Assembly (NCBI GenBank): GCA_903915465.1
Contig: CAIWTA010000046.1
Location: forward strand, 1,364-65,363
DNA from: an uncultured Bacteroidales bacterium
GTDB lineage: Bacteria; Bacteroidota; Bacteroidia; Bacteroidales; FEN-979
Reading direction: 5' to 3'
Length of the DNA stretch: 64,000 bases
Positions within the stretch are counted from its first letter, which is position 1, and every line of letters starts with the position of its first letter. Positions 42,843 through 51,596 of this stretch are shown here, piece by piece. The translations under genes were made by a program, and so were the position numbers. The notes beneath the pieces were generated by a model. That model was given only the letters and a program-made list of their open reading frames with translations. It ran no database searches and was not told the origin of the DNA.

Positions 42843-43304
42843 TTATTGTATCTTGATTCCTTTCGGGATAAACTGACCTACATCTCCACCATTTTTATGG
42901 ATTTCCCTGACAATTGATGAACTTATTGCTGCATATTCATTGGAACTCAGAAGAAAGATTGTTTCAACTTCAGGATTGAGGGCTTTATTCATCAAACCAA
43001 TCGTACGTTCAAATTCAAAGTCTGCAGATGTCCTGAGCCCTCTGAGAATGTATCCGGCATGTATTTTCCTGCAAAAATCGACAGTCAGCCCACTATATTG
43101 CTGAATGCTGATCCTGGGTTCCTTTTTAAATGCTTTCTCCAACCATTCGATCCTTTTATTCAGCGGGAAGAAAGATTTTTTACCGGAGTTTTCACCCAGA
43201 GCCACAATAATTTCATCAAATATCGGCAGGGCTCTCAGGAGTATTGATTCATGTCCCCGGGTAATGGGATCAAACGAACCAGGGAAAACTGCGATTCTGT
43301 TCAT
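42843..43304 (-). CDS. coaD: Pantetheine-phosphate adenylyltransferase
   Basis: FPGSFDPITRGH, RGLR...DFEFE, ISSSIVRE. Confidence 0.97.
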   Translation of the reverse strand: MNRIAVFPGSFDPITRGHESILLRALPIFDEIIVALGENSGKKSFFPLNKRIEWLEKAFKKEPRISIQQYSGLTVDFCRKIHAGYILRGLRTSADFEFERTIGLMNKALNPEVETIFLLSSNEYAAISSSIVREIHKNGGDVGQFIPKGIKIQ

Positions 43305-43481
43305 GCAGAGATATATTTATCACAAAATAAATTCTGCGACAAACTTACGCAGAAACTAGAGTAATCCGACCCATTCCAAAGAAATAATAGAGCCAAAATG
43401 TACTGCAGAAACTAACACTGCAATTGAAACTTTTTTCAATACTGACGATCAACTTAGGAAATTGATGTAAGGTAAAGCCAC

Positions 43482-44270
43482 TTATTCGAAAGTCAGCGAG
43501 ATTTGGAAAATTTTTGATTTCAGGGATTCGATTGCATCAGTATAGATGTTGTTTTCACGTTTGAGAATGTCAAGTAATCCATATTGCATCTTAAATTCGA
43601 CTCCGAATTTGAACCATTCATTATAGAAATCAAACCCCACACCAGCTTCGGCATAAACATCATTCTGCTTGAACTTCACTATTTTCTGATCGGCATTTTT
43701 CTGTTCTCTTTTTTTTGCTTGTGAAGCAAGATCAAGGGTATATTGAACGCCCCCCATCAGGTATGCCCTGAAATTATTGTACCGTTTTGATTTGAATTTG
43801 AATTCGAGCGGAAAATTGATATAAGTGGAAGGAACGCTTTTCGTGATGTTGCCGGTTAGTGAGCTTTTCCCCTTCCTGTAGGTCTGAACGGAGTATATCA
43901 AGCTCCTGTCACCAAAAGAGAGGGATGGAACAAACCGCAAGTCAAAATTATCACCTAAATGCAGATTACTCACGATGCTGATAACAAATCCCGGGGTTGG
44001 TGTTGAGGTGATTGACAAAACCCTTGCGGAATCAGGTAAAGGCAAGATATCAGGGATATATGTGGAGTCGAAAATATGCGAACCAAGGTCTTGGATCGGC
44101 CTGATGGTAACATAACTCATATCGCCTCCCAGAACGAAACCAAAATGAAAAAGAGATTCGTGGTCATAAGTTGGCATATTTACTACCATTCCTCTCTGTC
44201 CATTGCTCTTTTGGGCCATGAGCAAAAGGAAAAGGATCAGATAAATGCAGATGAGTTTGCGGCAGTTCAA
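43482..44270 (-). CDS. porT: PorT/SprT family outer-membrane beta-barrel (T9SS-associated)
   Basis: YD...FHFGF, DLRFVPSLSF, KFKS.R.NN.R.Y, C-terminal FE; downstream of menG as is usual in Bacteroidota. Confidence 0.8.
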   Translation of the reverse strand: MNCRKLICIYLILFLLLMAQKSNGQRGMVVNMPTYDHESLFHFGFVLGGDMSYVTIRPIQDLGSHIFDSTYIPDILPLPDSARVLSITSTPTPGFVISIVSNLHLGDNFDLRFVPSLSFGDRSLIYSVQTYRKGKSSLTGNITKSVPSTYINFPLEFKFKSKRYNNFRAYLMGGVQYTLDLASQAKKREQKNADQKIVKFKQNDVYAEAGVGFDFYNEWFKFGVEFKMQYGLLDILKRENNIYTDAIESLKSKIFQISLTFE

Positions 44271-44336
44271 AAAAAAGTTGCTAATTGTTTTACTAATAAC
44301 GCTGGGCCAATGGTTTTATTTTAAACATTTCTGCAT

Positions 44337-45047
44337 TCAGGGTTTCGGTAAACCGGGTTTTTCTCCTGAATAAATGCTTGAAATACCGAATGTAAGGGGA
44401 ATATACGAAGTATTTTTCATTCCGCTTTTTTCCATAATTATTAAAAAATCCTTCCCTGAAGGAAATGTTGCAACTGATTCAGGCAGATAAGAATAGGCTG
44501 TAGTATTTTTCGAAATGACTTTTCCCGCAAAAGGAATAATAAACCGGCTATAGAATTCATAAATTTGCTTAAATGGCATCGATCCGGGATGCGAAAATTC
44601 AAGAATTTGCATGATACCACCTGGTTTTAAAACACGTTTCATTTCGGATAAACCTTTTTCGAGGTTTTCGAAGTTTCTTACGCCATAGGCAACTGTTACA
44701 GCATCGAAGAATTCATCAGGAAAAGGAATAGTTTCGGCATCTCCGGATTCAAAAAAGACTTGATCAGTAAGCTTTTTCTTTACAATTTTCTTTCTCCCGA
44801 TATCCAGCATCTGGTTGGCAATATCAATGCCGATGATCTTTTCAGGAGATAATGCCACCATTGCAATGGCCAGATCGCCAGTGCCTGTTGCTACATCAAG
44901 GATCAAACGGGGTTTTTTTTCTGCCAAAACGGTAACGAATTGTTTCCTCCACCAGTGATCGATCCCGAAGGATAGAAAATGATTGAGAAAATCATATCGG
45001 CCGGAGATTTCGTTAAACATGGTACGGACTGATTCTTTTTCTGCCAT
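44337..45047 (-). CDS. menG: Demethylmenaquinone methyltransferase (UbiE/MenG)
   Basis: YDFLNHFLSFGID..WR, LDVATGTGDLA, GVRNF, RVLKPGG, YLPESV. Confidence 0.95.
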   Translation of the reverse strand: MAEKESVRTMFNEISGRYDFLNHFLSFGIDHWWRKQFVTVLAEKKPRLILDVATGTGDLAIAMVALSPEKIIGIDIANQMLDIGRKKIVKKKLTDQVFFESGDAETIPFPDEFFDAVTVAYGVRNFENLEKGLSEMKRVLKPGGIMQILEFSHPGSMPFKQIYEFYSRFIIPFAGKVISKNTTAYSYLPESVATFPSGKDFLIIMEKSGMKNTSYIPLTFGISSIYSGEKPGLPKP

Positions 45048-45119
45048 AATGGTTCTTATGTTTAATCAATGATCGTTCTCAAGTAGGACGGGCCTTTTCA
45101 CTACAACGCAGCAATGCCT

Positions 45120-45149
45120 GTAGCTGGCGCGCGTTTGTAACGCGTGCCA
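45120..45149 (+). repeat. GTAG-led REP-like palindrome
   Basis: GTAG-C-TGGCGCGCGTT-tgt-AACGCGTGCCA, 11-bp stem with one G.T. Confidence 0.6.
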
Positions 45150-45192
45150 TGATATTCATCTATTCCTTTATTAGTTTCTTCTAAATAATTTT

Positions 45193-45310
45193 TGCGCTCA
45201 AGCCGCGCCGCTTCATCACCACAACGCAGCTGCGCCTTCTTCTATCTCACTTCGTTCGATTTCCGGCTTCACCGGAACCGAAGAAGCCAAGGCTGCTAAT
45301 GTGGTGACTG
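45193..45310. repeat. Structured dispersed repeat, copy A (~118 bp)
   Basis: Aligns end to end with 62085-62203; most substitutions in the inner stems are compensatory. Confidence 0.88.
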
Positions 45311-45329
45311 ATAATCAAATCTCAAGAAT

Positions 45330-45364
45330 AAAAAAAGGATCACCTGTTATTTCAGGCAATCCTT
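45330..45364 (-). terminator. Rho-independent terminator of the rplM-rpsI-rpsB-tsf operon
   Basis: Minus strand AAGGATTGCCTG-aaataa-CAGGTGATCCTT followed by a T run, 20 nt after the tsf stop. Confidence 0.8.
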
Positions 45365-45384
45365 CTTCTTATAATAGAATTGGG

Positions 45385-46221
45385 TTATGCTCCCAGCATG
45401 AGCCTGATAAATCCTGTAACAGTAAGGTCTTTATCATTTTCAGAAAGGAATTGACGAACAGTCTTTTTAGAATCTTTAATATAATCCTGATTGAGCAGCG
45501 TATTGTCTTTGAAAAATTTGTTTAGTTTCCCGATTGCTATCTTTTCAAGCATTTCTTCAGGTTTTCCTTCTTCCCGGGCTTGTTCTTTACCGATTTCGAC
45601 TTCACGGTCAATGATTTCCTGAGAAACATTTTCTTTATCCACTGCAATAGGGCTCATGGCTGCAATCTGCATGGCCAATTCATGCCCTATTTCCATTAAA
45701 TTCTTAACATCTTTTTTATTCAGGCCAAGAATAGTGGCAAGGCGGTTTCCATGATGGTTATATGCTGCAACAGCAGGCCCTTCAATGAATTCGTAATGTG
45801 CGATTTGAATTTTTTCACCGGTCTTTCCCAACATTTCGTTGAGTTTTTCCTCCACTGACAAACCCGGAAGGCGCAATGAACTTAGTTCTTCAATAGTTTT
45901 AGGTTTATTTTTAACTCCCAGGTCAATGATATCCTTGGCAAACTGAATAAATTCATCCGTTTTACCTACGAAGTCCGTTTCGCAGTTGAGCATGAGGATT
46001 GCGGCATAGGTATGGTCGGCATTTGTTTTGGCGATTACATAACCATGGTTTGCTTCACGATCGGCCCGTTTGGCAGCGACTTTCTGCCCTTTTTTACGCA
46101 GGTAGTCAATGGCTTCTTCAAAATCACCGTTTGTTTCCTGTAGTGCTTTCTTGCAATCCATCATTCCGGCGCCAGACATTTGTCGTAGCTTGTTAACGTC
46201 AGCAGCAGTTATATTGGTCAT
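45385..46221 (-). CDS. tsf: Elongation factor Ts
   Basis: LRQMSGAGMMDCKKAL, NCETDFV. Confidence 0.98.
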   Translation of the reverse strand: MTNITAADVNKLRQMSGAGMMDCKKALQETNGDFEEAIDYLRKKGQKVAAKRADREANHGYVIAKTNADHTYAAILMLNCETDFVGKTDEFIQFAKDIIDLGVKNKPKTIEELSSLRLPGLSVEEKLNEMLGKTGEKIQIAHYEFIEGPAVAAYNHHGNRLATILGLNKKDVKNLMEIGHELAMQIAAMSPIAVDKENVSQEIIDREVEIGKEQAREEGKPEEMLEKIAIGKLNKFFKDNTLLNQDYIKDSKKTVRQFLSENDKDLTVTGFIRLMLGA

Positions 46222-46254
46222 CTTAAATTACTAATTATGAATTAAAATTATGAA

Positions 46255-47190
46255 TTATTTCTTTGTGGATTTGCCAACTGGTTTGCTGATTCTTTTTCGC
46301 GGCGCTTTTGCCTTTTCTGCTTCCTGCTCTTCGAGGGTTTTCAGTTTGGTGACTTTCGAATCCACGAAATCTTTTTTCGTTACTTTCAGCCCATCTTCTT
46401 CCTCCTCAGCATCTAATGCGGCAATAGATCTCAAACCTGATTCTTCTTCGCCTTCAATACGGTCTTCGTGATCTTCTTCAGCTGATTTCTTATCGCGATC
46501 AAGTTTTCTTTCCATGAGTCCTTCTTCGATTGCCTTAACCATTGCATCAACAATAAGAGCGATGGATTTGGAGGCATCATCATTAGCGGGAATAGGGAAA
46601 TCAACTTGTCTGGGGTCAGAATTGGTATCAACAATTGCGAAGGTAGGAATATTCAATTTTTTTGCTTCAGCAACAGCAATGTGTTCTTTCAGGATGTCGA
46701 CGATAAAGATGGCAGCGGGCAGACGGTTAAGGTCGGCGATGCTACCAAGGTTCTTTTCAAGTTTTGCGCGCTCACGAGTGATCGTAAGTCTTTCCTTTTT
46801 TGATAAATTATTATACGAAGGACTTGAAATAAGTTTATCGATGGAGGCCATTTTACGGACTGCTTTGCGGATTGTGGCAAAGTTGGTCAGCATACCGCCC
46901 GGCCAGCGTTCGGTAACGTATGGCATATTCACGCGCTTGACGAGTTCGGCAACAATTTCTTTCGCTTGCTTTTTGGTAGCAACAAATAAAATACGTTTAC
47001 CGGATTTTGAGATCTGTTTCAGTGCGGAAGCTGCTTCATCAATCTTAGCCATTGTTTTATAAAGATCGATGATATGAATCCCATTGCGCTCCATAAAAAT
47101 GTAGGGAGCCATGTTGGGGTTCCATTTTCTTCTCAGGTGGCCAAAATGCACACCTGCATCCAATAAATTATCAAAAGTGGTTCTTGACAT
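46255..47190 (-). CDS. rpsB: 30S ribosomal protein S2
   Basis: AGVHFGH, RWPGGMLTN, DTNSDP, PANDD; charged C-terminal extension. Confidence 0.98.
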   Translation of the reverse strand: MSRTTFDNLLDAGVHFGHLRRKWNPNMAPYIFMERNGIHIIDLYKTMAKIDEAASALKQISKSGKRILFVATKKQAKEIVAELVKRVNMPYVTERWPGGMLTNFATIRKAVRKMASIDKLISSPSYNNLSKKERLTITRERAKLEKNLGSIADLNRLPAAIFIVDILKEHIAVAEAKKLNIPTFAIVDTNSDPRQVDFPIPANDDASKSIALIVDAMVKAIEEGLMERKLDRDKKSAEEDHEDRIEGEEESGLRSIAALDAEEEEDGLKVTKKDFVDSKVTKLKTLEEQEAEKAKAPRKRISKPVGKSTKK

Positions 47191-47214
47191 AATGTATGTG
47201 ATGTAAAAAAACTA

Positions 47215-47601
47215 TTAACGTTTACTAAACTGGAATCTTTTCCTTGCTTTTTTCTGGCCGAATTTCTTGCGTTCTACCATACGGGGATCTCTTCGCATCA
47301 ATCCTTTTGCTTTCAGTGCCGGACGATGTTCTTCACTGATTTTGCAAAGGGCGCGGGAAATTGCATGACTCAAAGCTTCAGCCTGGCCGGTGATACCACC
47401 GCCATCAAGGTTCACTTTAACATCATATTTCCCTATGTTGTTGGTTACCTGAAAAGGTTCAATAACCTGATATTGTAGGATAGCAGTGGGAAAATAGTTT
47501 TTGTAATCGCGGTCGTTGACCGTGATGGTTCCCTGACCTTCCTTTACATAAATTCTCGCTACGGCAGTCTTTCTTCTGCCAAGGGCCATAATGACTTCCA
47601 T
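47215..47601 (-). CDS. rpsI: 30S ribosomal protein S9
   Basis: GRRKTAVAR, GGGITGQ, ERKKFGQKKARKRFQFSKR. Confidence 0.98.
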   Translation of the reverse strand: MEVIMALGRRKTAVARIYVKEGQGTITVNDRDYKNYFPTAILQYQVIEPFQVTNNIGKYDVKVNLDGGGITGQAEALSHAISRALCKISEEHRPALKAKGLMRRDPRMVERKKFGQKKARKRFQFSKR

Positions 47602-47602
47602 A

Positions 47603-48058
47603 TTATTTAATTGAATTTAGGTTAATCGTTTTGGGTTGCTGTGCCTGATGCGGGTGTTCTGGCCCGGCATAAACATAAAGATTACGGAACAGCTCACGGC
47701 CTAACCGGTTCTTTGGAAGCATCCCTCTGATGGCCTTCTCAACCACGGAAATAGGTTTCTTGGCTAACAATTCTTTGGGCGTTGCAAAACGCTGCCCTCC
47801 TGGATAACCAGTGTGCCGGACATATACCTTATCATCCATTTTTTTTCCGGTGAGGATTATCTTCTCAGCATTGATGATGATCACATTATCACCGCAATCA
47901 ACATGAGGTGTATAATTGACCTTCAGCTTGCCTCTCAATAATCGCGCGGCTTTGGTGGAAAGCCTGCCAAGAACCTGATTTTCTGCATCAATAAGCACCC
48001 ATTCCTTGGTCACCGTTGCCTGGTTTGCGCTTATTGTTTTGTAACTTAATGTATTCAT
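47603..48058 (-). CDS. rplM: 50S ribosomal protein L13
   Basis: LGRL, YTPHVDCGD, HTGYPGG, GMLPKN. Confidence 0.98.
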   Translation of the reverse strand: MNTLSYKTISANQATVTKEWVLIDAENQVLGRLSTKAARLLRGKLKVNYTPHVDCGDNVIIINAEKIILTGKKMDDKVYVRHTGYPGGQRFATPKELLAKKPISVVEKAIRGMLPKNRLGRELFRNLYVYAGPEHPHQAQQPKTINLNSIK

Positions 48059-48102
48059 GAATTCGGACTGGTTTCTAATTCATTATTTTTTTAAAAGGAG
48101 TG

Positions 48103-48134
48103 CAAAGATATATTTTGTTTTTTGATCTGACAAG
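48103..48134 (-). promoter_or_regulatory. Bacteroidota sigma-70 promoter of rplM operon
   Basis: Minus strand TTG (-33) about 20 nt before TATCTTTG (-7). Confidence 0.7.
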
Positions 48135-48240
48135 CAATTCCATGAATAACTTATCAATTATTTTAGTTATCCCTTATTGTGTTACATTATTTAGTACTTT
48201 TATACTTGATTATGACGTAAGTTAGTGAATTAAAATAAAA

Positions 48241-48331
48241 AAGGGTTCCCGCTGAGTTTCGCAGATAGTATTAGTATTTGAAAATCAGCGTGAATCTGCG
48301 CTTAACTCTGCGAAAATCTGCGTGAACCCTT
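48241..48331. repeat. 25-bp imperfect inverted repeat with internal ATCTGCG units
   Basis: 48241-48265 vs 48307-48331, 3 mismatches; AAAATCWGCGTGAA occurs twice. Confidence 0.8.
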
Positions 48332-48356
48332 GAAATCTTTCGGTTAATATCACTGT

Positions 48357-49706
48357 ATGGATAGACAGATCTCAAAAAAGCTGGAAGACTGGGAATCAAC
48401 AAAAGAAAGGAAAGTCTTGCTTTTTCAAGGTGCCCGGCAATCCGGTAAAACCCATTGTATCAATGATTTTGCCAAAAGATTTGATCAATACCTCTATTTC
48501 GATCTTTCAAACCAAAAAGACTGGCAGATTTTCAAAAACAAATCATCATTTGCAGATCTTCTGCAGGCAATGTTTTCCATCAGGGAAAAACAAAGAAATG
48601 GTTTGCGGAGCCTGATCTTCCTGGATAATATTTCAGATTCTCCTTCGGCTATGAACTGGCTGCCATCATTTCACAAAGAAGCAAACGATCTTTTTGTGAT
48701 CGCATCGTCATCAAGGGATCTGAAATCAATTTATAAAGAAGAAAAAGATTCTGATTCCGGTATAGAGTCTCTACTAATTTATCCTTATAATTTCAGCGAA
48801 TTCCTGGCTGTTCTGGGCGAAGACTCATCCCGCAATGCTTTCAATGAAGTTCCATTCCCGAATAACTCTTTTGATAAACTGATCCGATTTTTTCATCTCT
48901 ACACACTGATCGGCGGAATGCCAGAAGTTGTGGAAAATTATTCAAAAGACCGGGAACTGGCAGACCTGCAGCCAATTTATGAAAAAATCATGAGCCTGTT
49001 CCAGGAAGAGTCAGATACTATTTCTCCGTCAAAGAAAAGCAGGGAACTCAACCGGGATACTTTTCAAAACGCCTTTCCTTATGCCTCGATGCGAATCAGT
49101 TTCCACCATTTCGGGAATACATCGTCACGAAGCCGTGAAACAGGCAGGTCATTCCGCACGCTGGAAGAGTTGCTTCTCCTGAACCTGGTCTATCCGTGCA
49201 CATCAACAATAATGCCAACCCATCCCGACAAAAAGAAATCTCCCCGGTTGCAGTTGATTGATACCGGACTCGTCAACTACTCAACCGGCATCCAGAAACA
49301 GATCTTTGAGGTTAACGACCTGCTTTCAATCTTCGACGGACAAATTGCCCGTCATGTGGTTGGACAGGAGATCCTTGCAGTGGGAAACGGGGATGCAACC
49401 GGGCTTCATTTCTGGGTTCGCGACAAAGCACAATCAACTGCTGAAGTCGATTTTATTATTCTCTATGAAGATTTAATAATTCCCGTGGTTTTGAAATCCG
49501 GTGAACCGGGAAGATTGCGTTCGCTTCATCAATTCATGGACGCTGCACCACATCCTTTTGCAGTAAGGCTTTGGGCACATCAGCTTTCCATCCAGCAAGC
49601 AAAAACAATAAAAGGAAAGAAATTCTTCCTGATAAGTCTGCCGTATTTCCTGGCGGGTAGGATTGCGGAGCATCTGGAGGGGTTTATAAGGCTGGTGAAG
49701 AGTTAA
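48357..49706 (+). CDS. AAA_14 + DUF4143 ATP-binding protein (degenerate motifs)
   Basis: GARQSGKT, IGGMPEVV, DTGL, FW.R...AEVDF, KSG..G.LRSLHQF. Confidence 0.88.
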   Translation: MDRQISKKLEDWESTKERKVLLFQGARQSGKTHCINDFAKRFDQYLYFDLSNQKDWQIFKNKSSFADLLQAMFSIREKQRNGLRSLIFLDNISDSPSAMNWLPSFHKEANDLFVIASSSRDLKSIYKEEKDSDSGIESLLIYPYNFSEFLAVLGEDSSRNAFNEVPFPNNSFDKLIRFFHLYTLIGGMPEVVENYSKDRELADLQPIYEKIMSLFQEESDTISPSKKSRELNRDTFQNAFPYASMRISFHHFGNTSSRSRETGRSFRTLEELLLLNLVYPCTSTIMPTHPDKKKSPRLQLIDTGLVNYSTGIQKQIFEVNDLLSIFDGQIARHVVGQEILAVGNGDATGLHFWVRDKAQSTAEVDFIILYEDLIIPVVLKSGEPGRLRSLHQFMDAAPHPFAVRLWAHQLSIQQAKTIKGKKFFLISLPYFLAGRIAEHLEGFIRLVKS

Positions 49707-49854
49707 GGCAAAAGGTAAGGTTATACTTTTGGCTATTTTGGATCTGTCTTGCCATTTTAGATTTACCATTTTACATCTTACGTACGGTCAGGGTAAAAAC
49801 ACATTGATGTGTATATTTCATGCAAGCTTCCTCATTCAATCAAAAGTATACTGC

Positions 49855-51507
49855 ATGAAACGTCTACCGCTCCCAAGCTTTACAGTGATTTGCACAGCTT
49901 TTTTCATATTAATATTCTGCTCTGCCGCTGCTCAGTTTTTCACTGAAATATTAGGCCGACCAACGGATTCCTCAATTTCTATAAACTTCCTGGCTGATCA
50001 GAACACAGATGTATATTGGGAATACGGCACTTCTCCGGGATCTTATAGTCTTTCCACGACTCAGTTTGCCGTTGAGAAGGATTCAGCGATTGAAGTTGAT
50101 TTCACAAACCTTCTTCCCGATACAAAATATTTTTACAGAACACGGTACAGGGCTGGCGGCAGCTCAACCTCATTCCTTTCAGGCACGGAACATCATTTCA
50201 ATACACAGCGGGCATCCGGAAGTACTTTCACATTTACAATTGAAGCAGATGAGCATCTGTATGATAAAAAAGGGGTCTGCAGCTTACACCAGGTATGTAT
50301 TGCAAACCAGGCAACGGATGATCCGGATTTCATGCTCACCCTGGGTGACATTTTCGGAGACGATCATCATCCTTATGACATCACAGCTTCCGAAATGGAT
50401 TCCTTGCACAAATTTTACCGGCCCTATCTCGGCAGTATCTGTCATTCGGTTCCTCTCTTCATCTGCCTCGGAAATCATGAAGGAGAAAAAGATTTTTACC
50501 TGCATCAGACTCCCCCTGAAAATATCGCAGTCTATGCAACACTTTCCAGGAAGTCATATTATCCGAATCCATCTCCGAATAACTTCTATAGCGGCAATCC
50601 TGACACAGAGCTCTTTGGAATGGGAAATCCGGAAAATTACTACGCATGGACATGGGGAAATGCCTTGTTTGTTGTGTTGGATGTTTACAGATATGACTCT
50701 GATACTTCCGCTAAACCAACAAACTGGGAATGGACGCTGGGTTTTCCTCAATATACATGGCTGAAAAACACGCTGGAATTGAGCGATGCACAGTACAAAT
50801 TTGTTTTTGCACATCATACGCGGGGAGAAGGAAGAGGCGGGATCACGACTGCCAGGTATTTTGAATGGGGCGGTTATGAAGCAAATGGCACTACATGGGG
50901 ATTCTCCGCCAACCGCCCGGGATGGGTCAAACCCATTCATCAGTTATTTGTTGATAACGGGGTCAATATTTTCTTCCAGGGACATGACCATCTTTTTGCT
51001 CATGAAGTTTTGGATGGTGTTGTTTACCAGGAAGTTCCGATGCCAAGTGATTCCACCTACGAAATCGGGATGCTGGCAAATGCGGGTGCCTATGTTTCCG
51101 ACACAATAGGTGGTTCCGGACATTTGAAGGTCACGGTTTCTCCGTCGTGTGTCCAGGTAGATTTCATCAGGGCCTATCTGCCGGCTGATACATTGAACGG
51201 AAATCATCACAATCGTGAGGTTGCATTCAGTTATACAATCGGGACATGTCCCTCTCAGGGAATCGATGATCAGATTGAAACCCCAATAGTTAACGTTTTT
51301 CCAAATCCGGTAACAGATAAAATAACAATAAGTTTATCAGAAGATATTAAACACTTTCAAATCAGTTTGATCAATACTTTAGGCCAAGTCCTTCTGCAAA
51401 CACAATCAAAAACTGTTGATGTGGGTAGGATTCAGAATGGGATTTATTTTTTACATGTCAGAGCAGCTAATTTTGATGTGAAAAAAAAGCTGATTATTTA
51501 TCGGTAA
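49855..51507 (+). CDS. Secreted metallophosphoesterase (purple acid phosphatase-like) with T9SS type A CTD
   Basis: ADEH, LGDIF, GNHE, AHH, GHDH metal ligands; N-terminal Fn3-like part; VFPNP...KKLII end; start chosen at MKRL. Confidence 0.87.
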   Translation: MKRLPLPSFTVICTAFFILIFCSAAAQFFTEILGRPTDSSISINFLADQNTDVYWEYGTSPGSYSLSTTQFAVEKDSAIEVDFTNLLPDTKYFYRTRYRAGGSSTSFLSGTEHHFNTQRASGSTFTFTIEADEHLYDKKGVCSLHQVCIANQATDDPDFMLTLGDIFGDDHHPYDITASEMDSLHKFYRPYLGSICHSVPLFICLGNHEGEKDFYLHQTPPENIAVYATLSRKSYYPNPSPNNFYSGNPDTELFGMGNPENYYAWTWGNALFVVLDVYRYDSDTSAKPTNWEWTLGFPQYTWLKNTLELSDAQYKFVFAHHTRGEGRGGITTARYFEWGGYEANGTTWGFSANRPGWVKPIHQLFVDNGVNIFFQGHDHLFAHEVLDGVVYQEVPMPSDSTYEIGMLANAGAYVSDTIGGSGHLKVTVSPSCVQVDFIRAYLPADTLNGNHHNREVAFSYTIGTCPSQGIDDQIETPIVNVFPNPVTDKITISLSEDIKHFQISLINTLGQVLLQTQSKTVDVGRIQNGIYFLHVRAANFDVKKKLIIYR

Positions 51508-51596
51508 ATTTTAATGTCCAACTGAATCTTTTGTGGCGTAATACCCATCTTCATCTGAGAAATTCGTCTGACTACACAGAGTAACTAATCTGATAC

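Noticed and set aside
46255-46500. Long charged C-terminal extension of RpsB
   Set aside because: Variable S2 tails are common in Bacteroidota.
50009-50764. 251-aa alternate-frame ORF, and other long shadow ORFs (e.g. 40481-41065, 46514-47062, 31265-31819)
   Set aside because: They overlap well-supported genes and show no family motifs.
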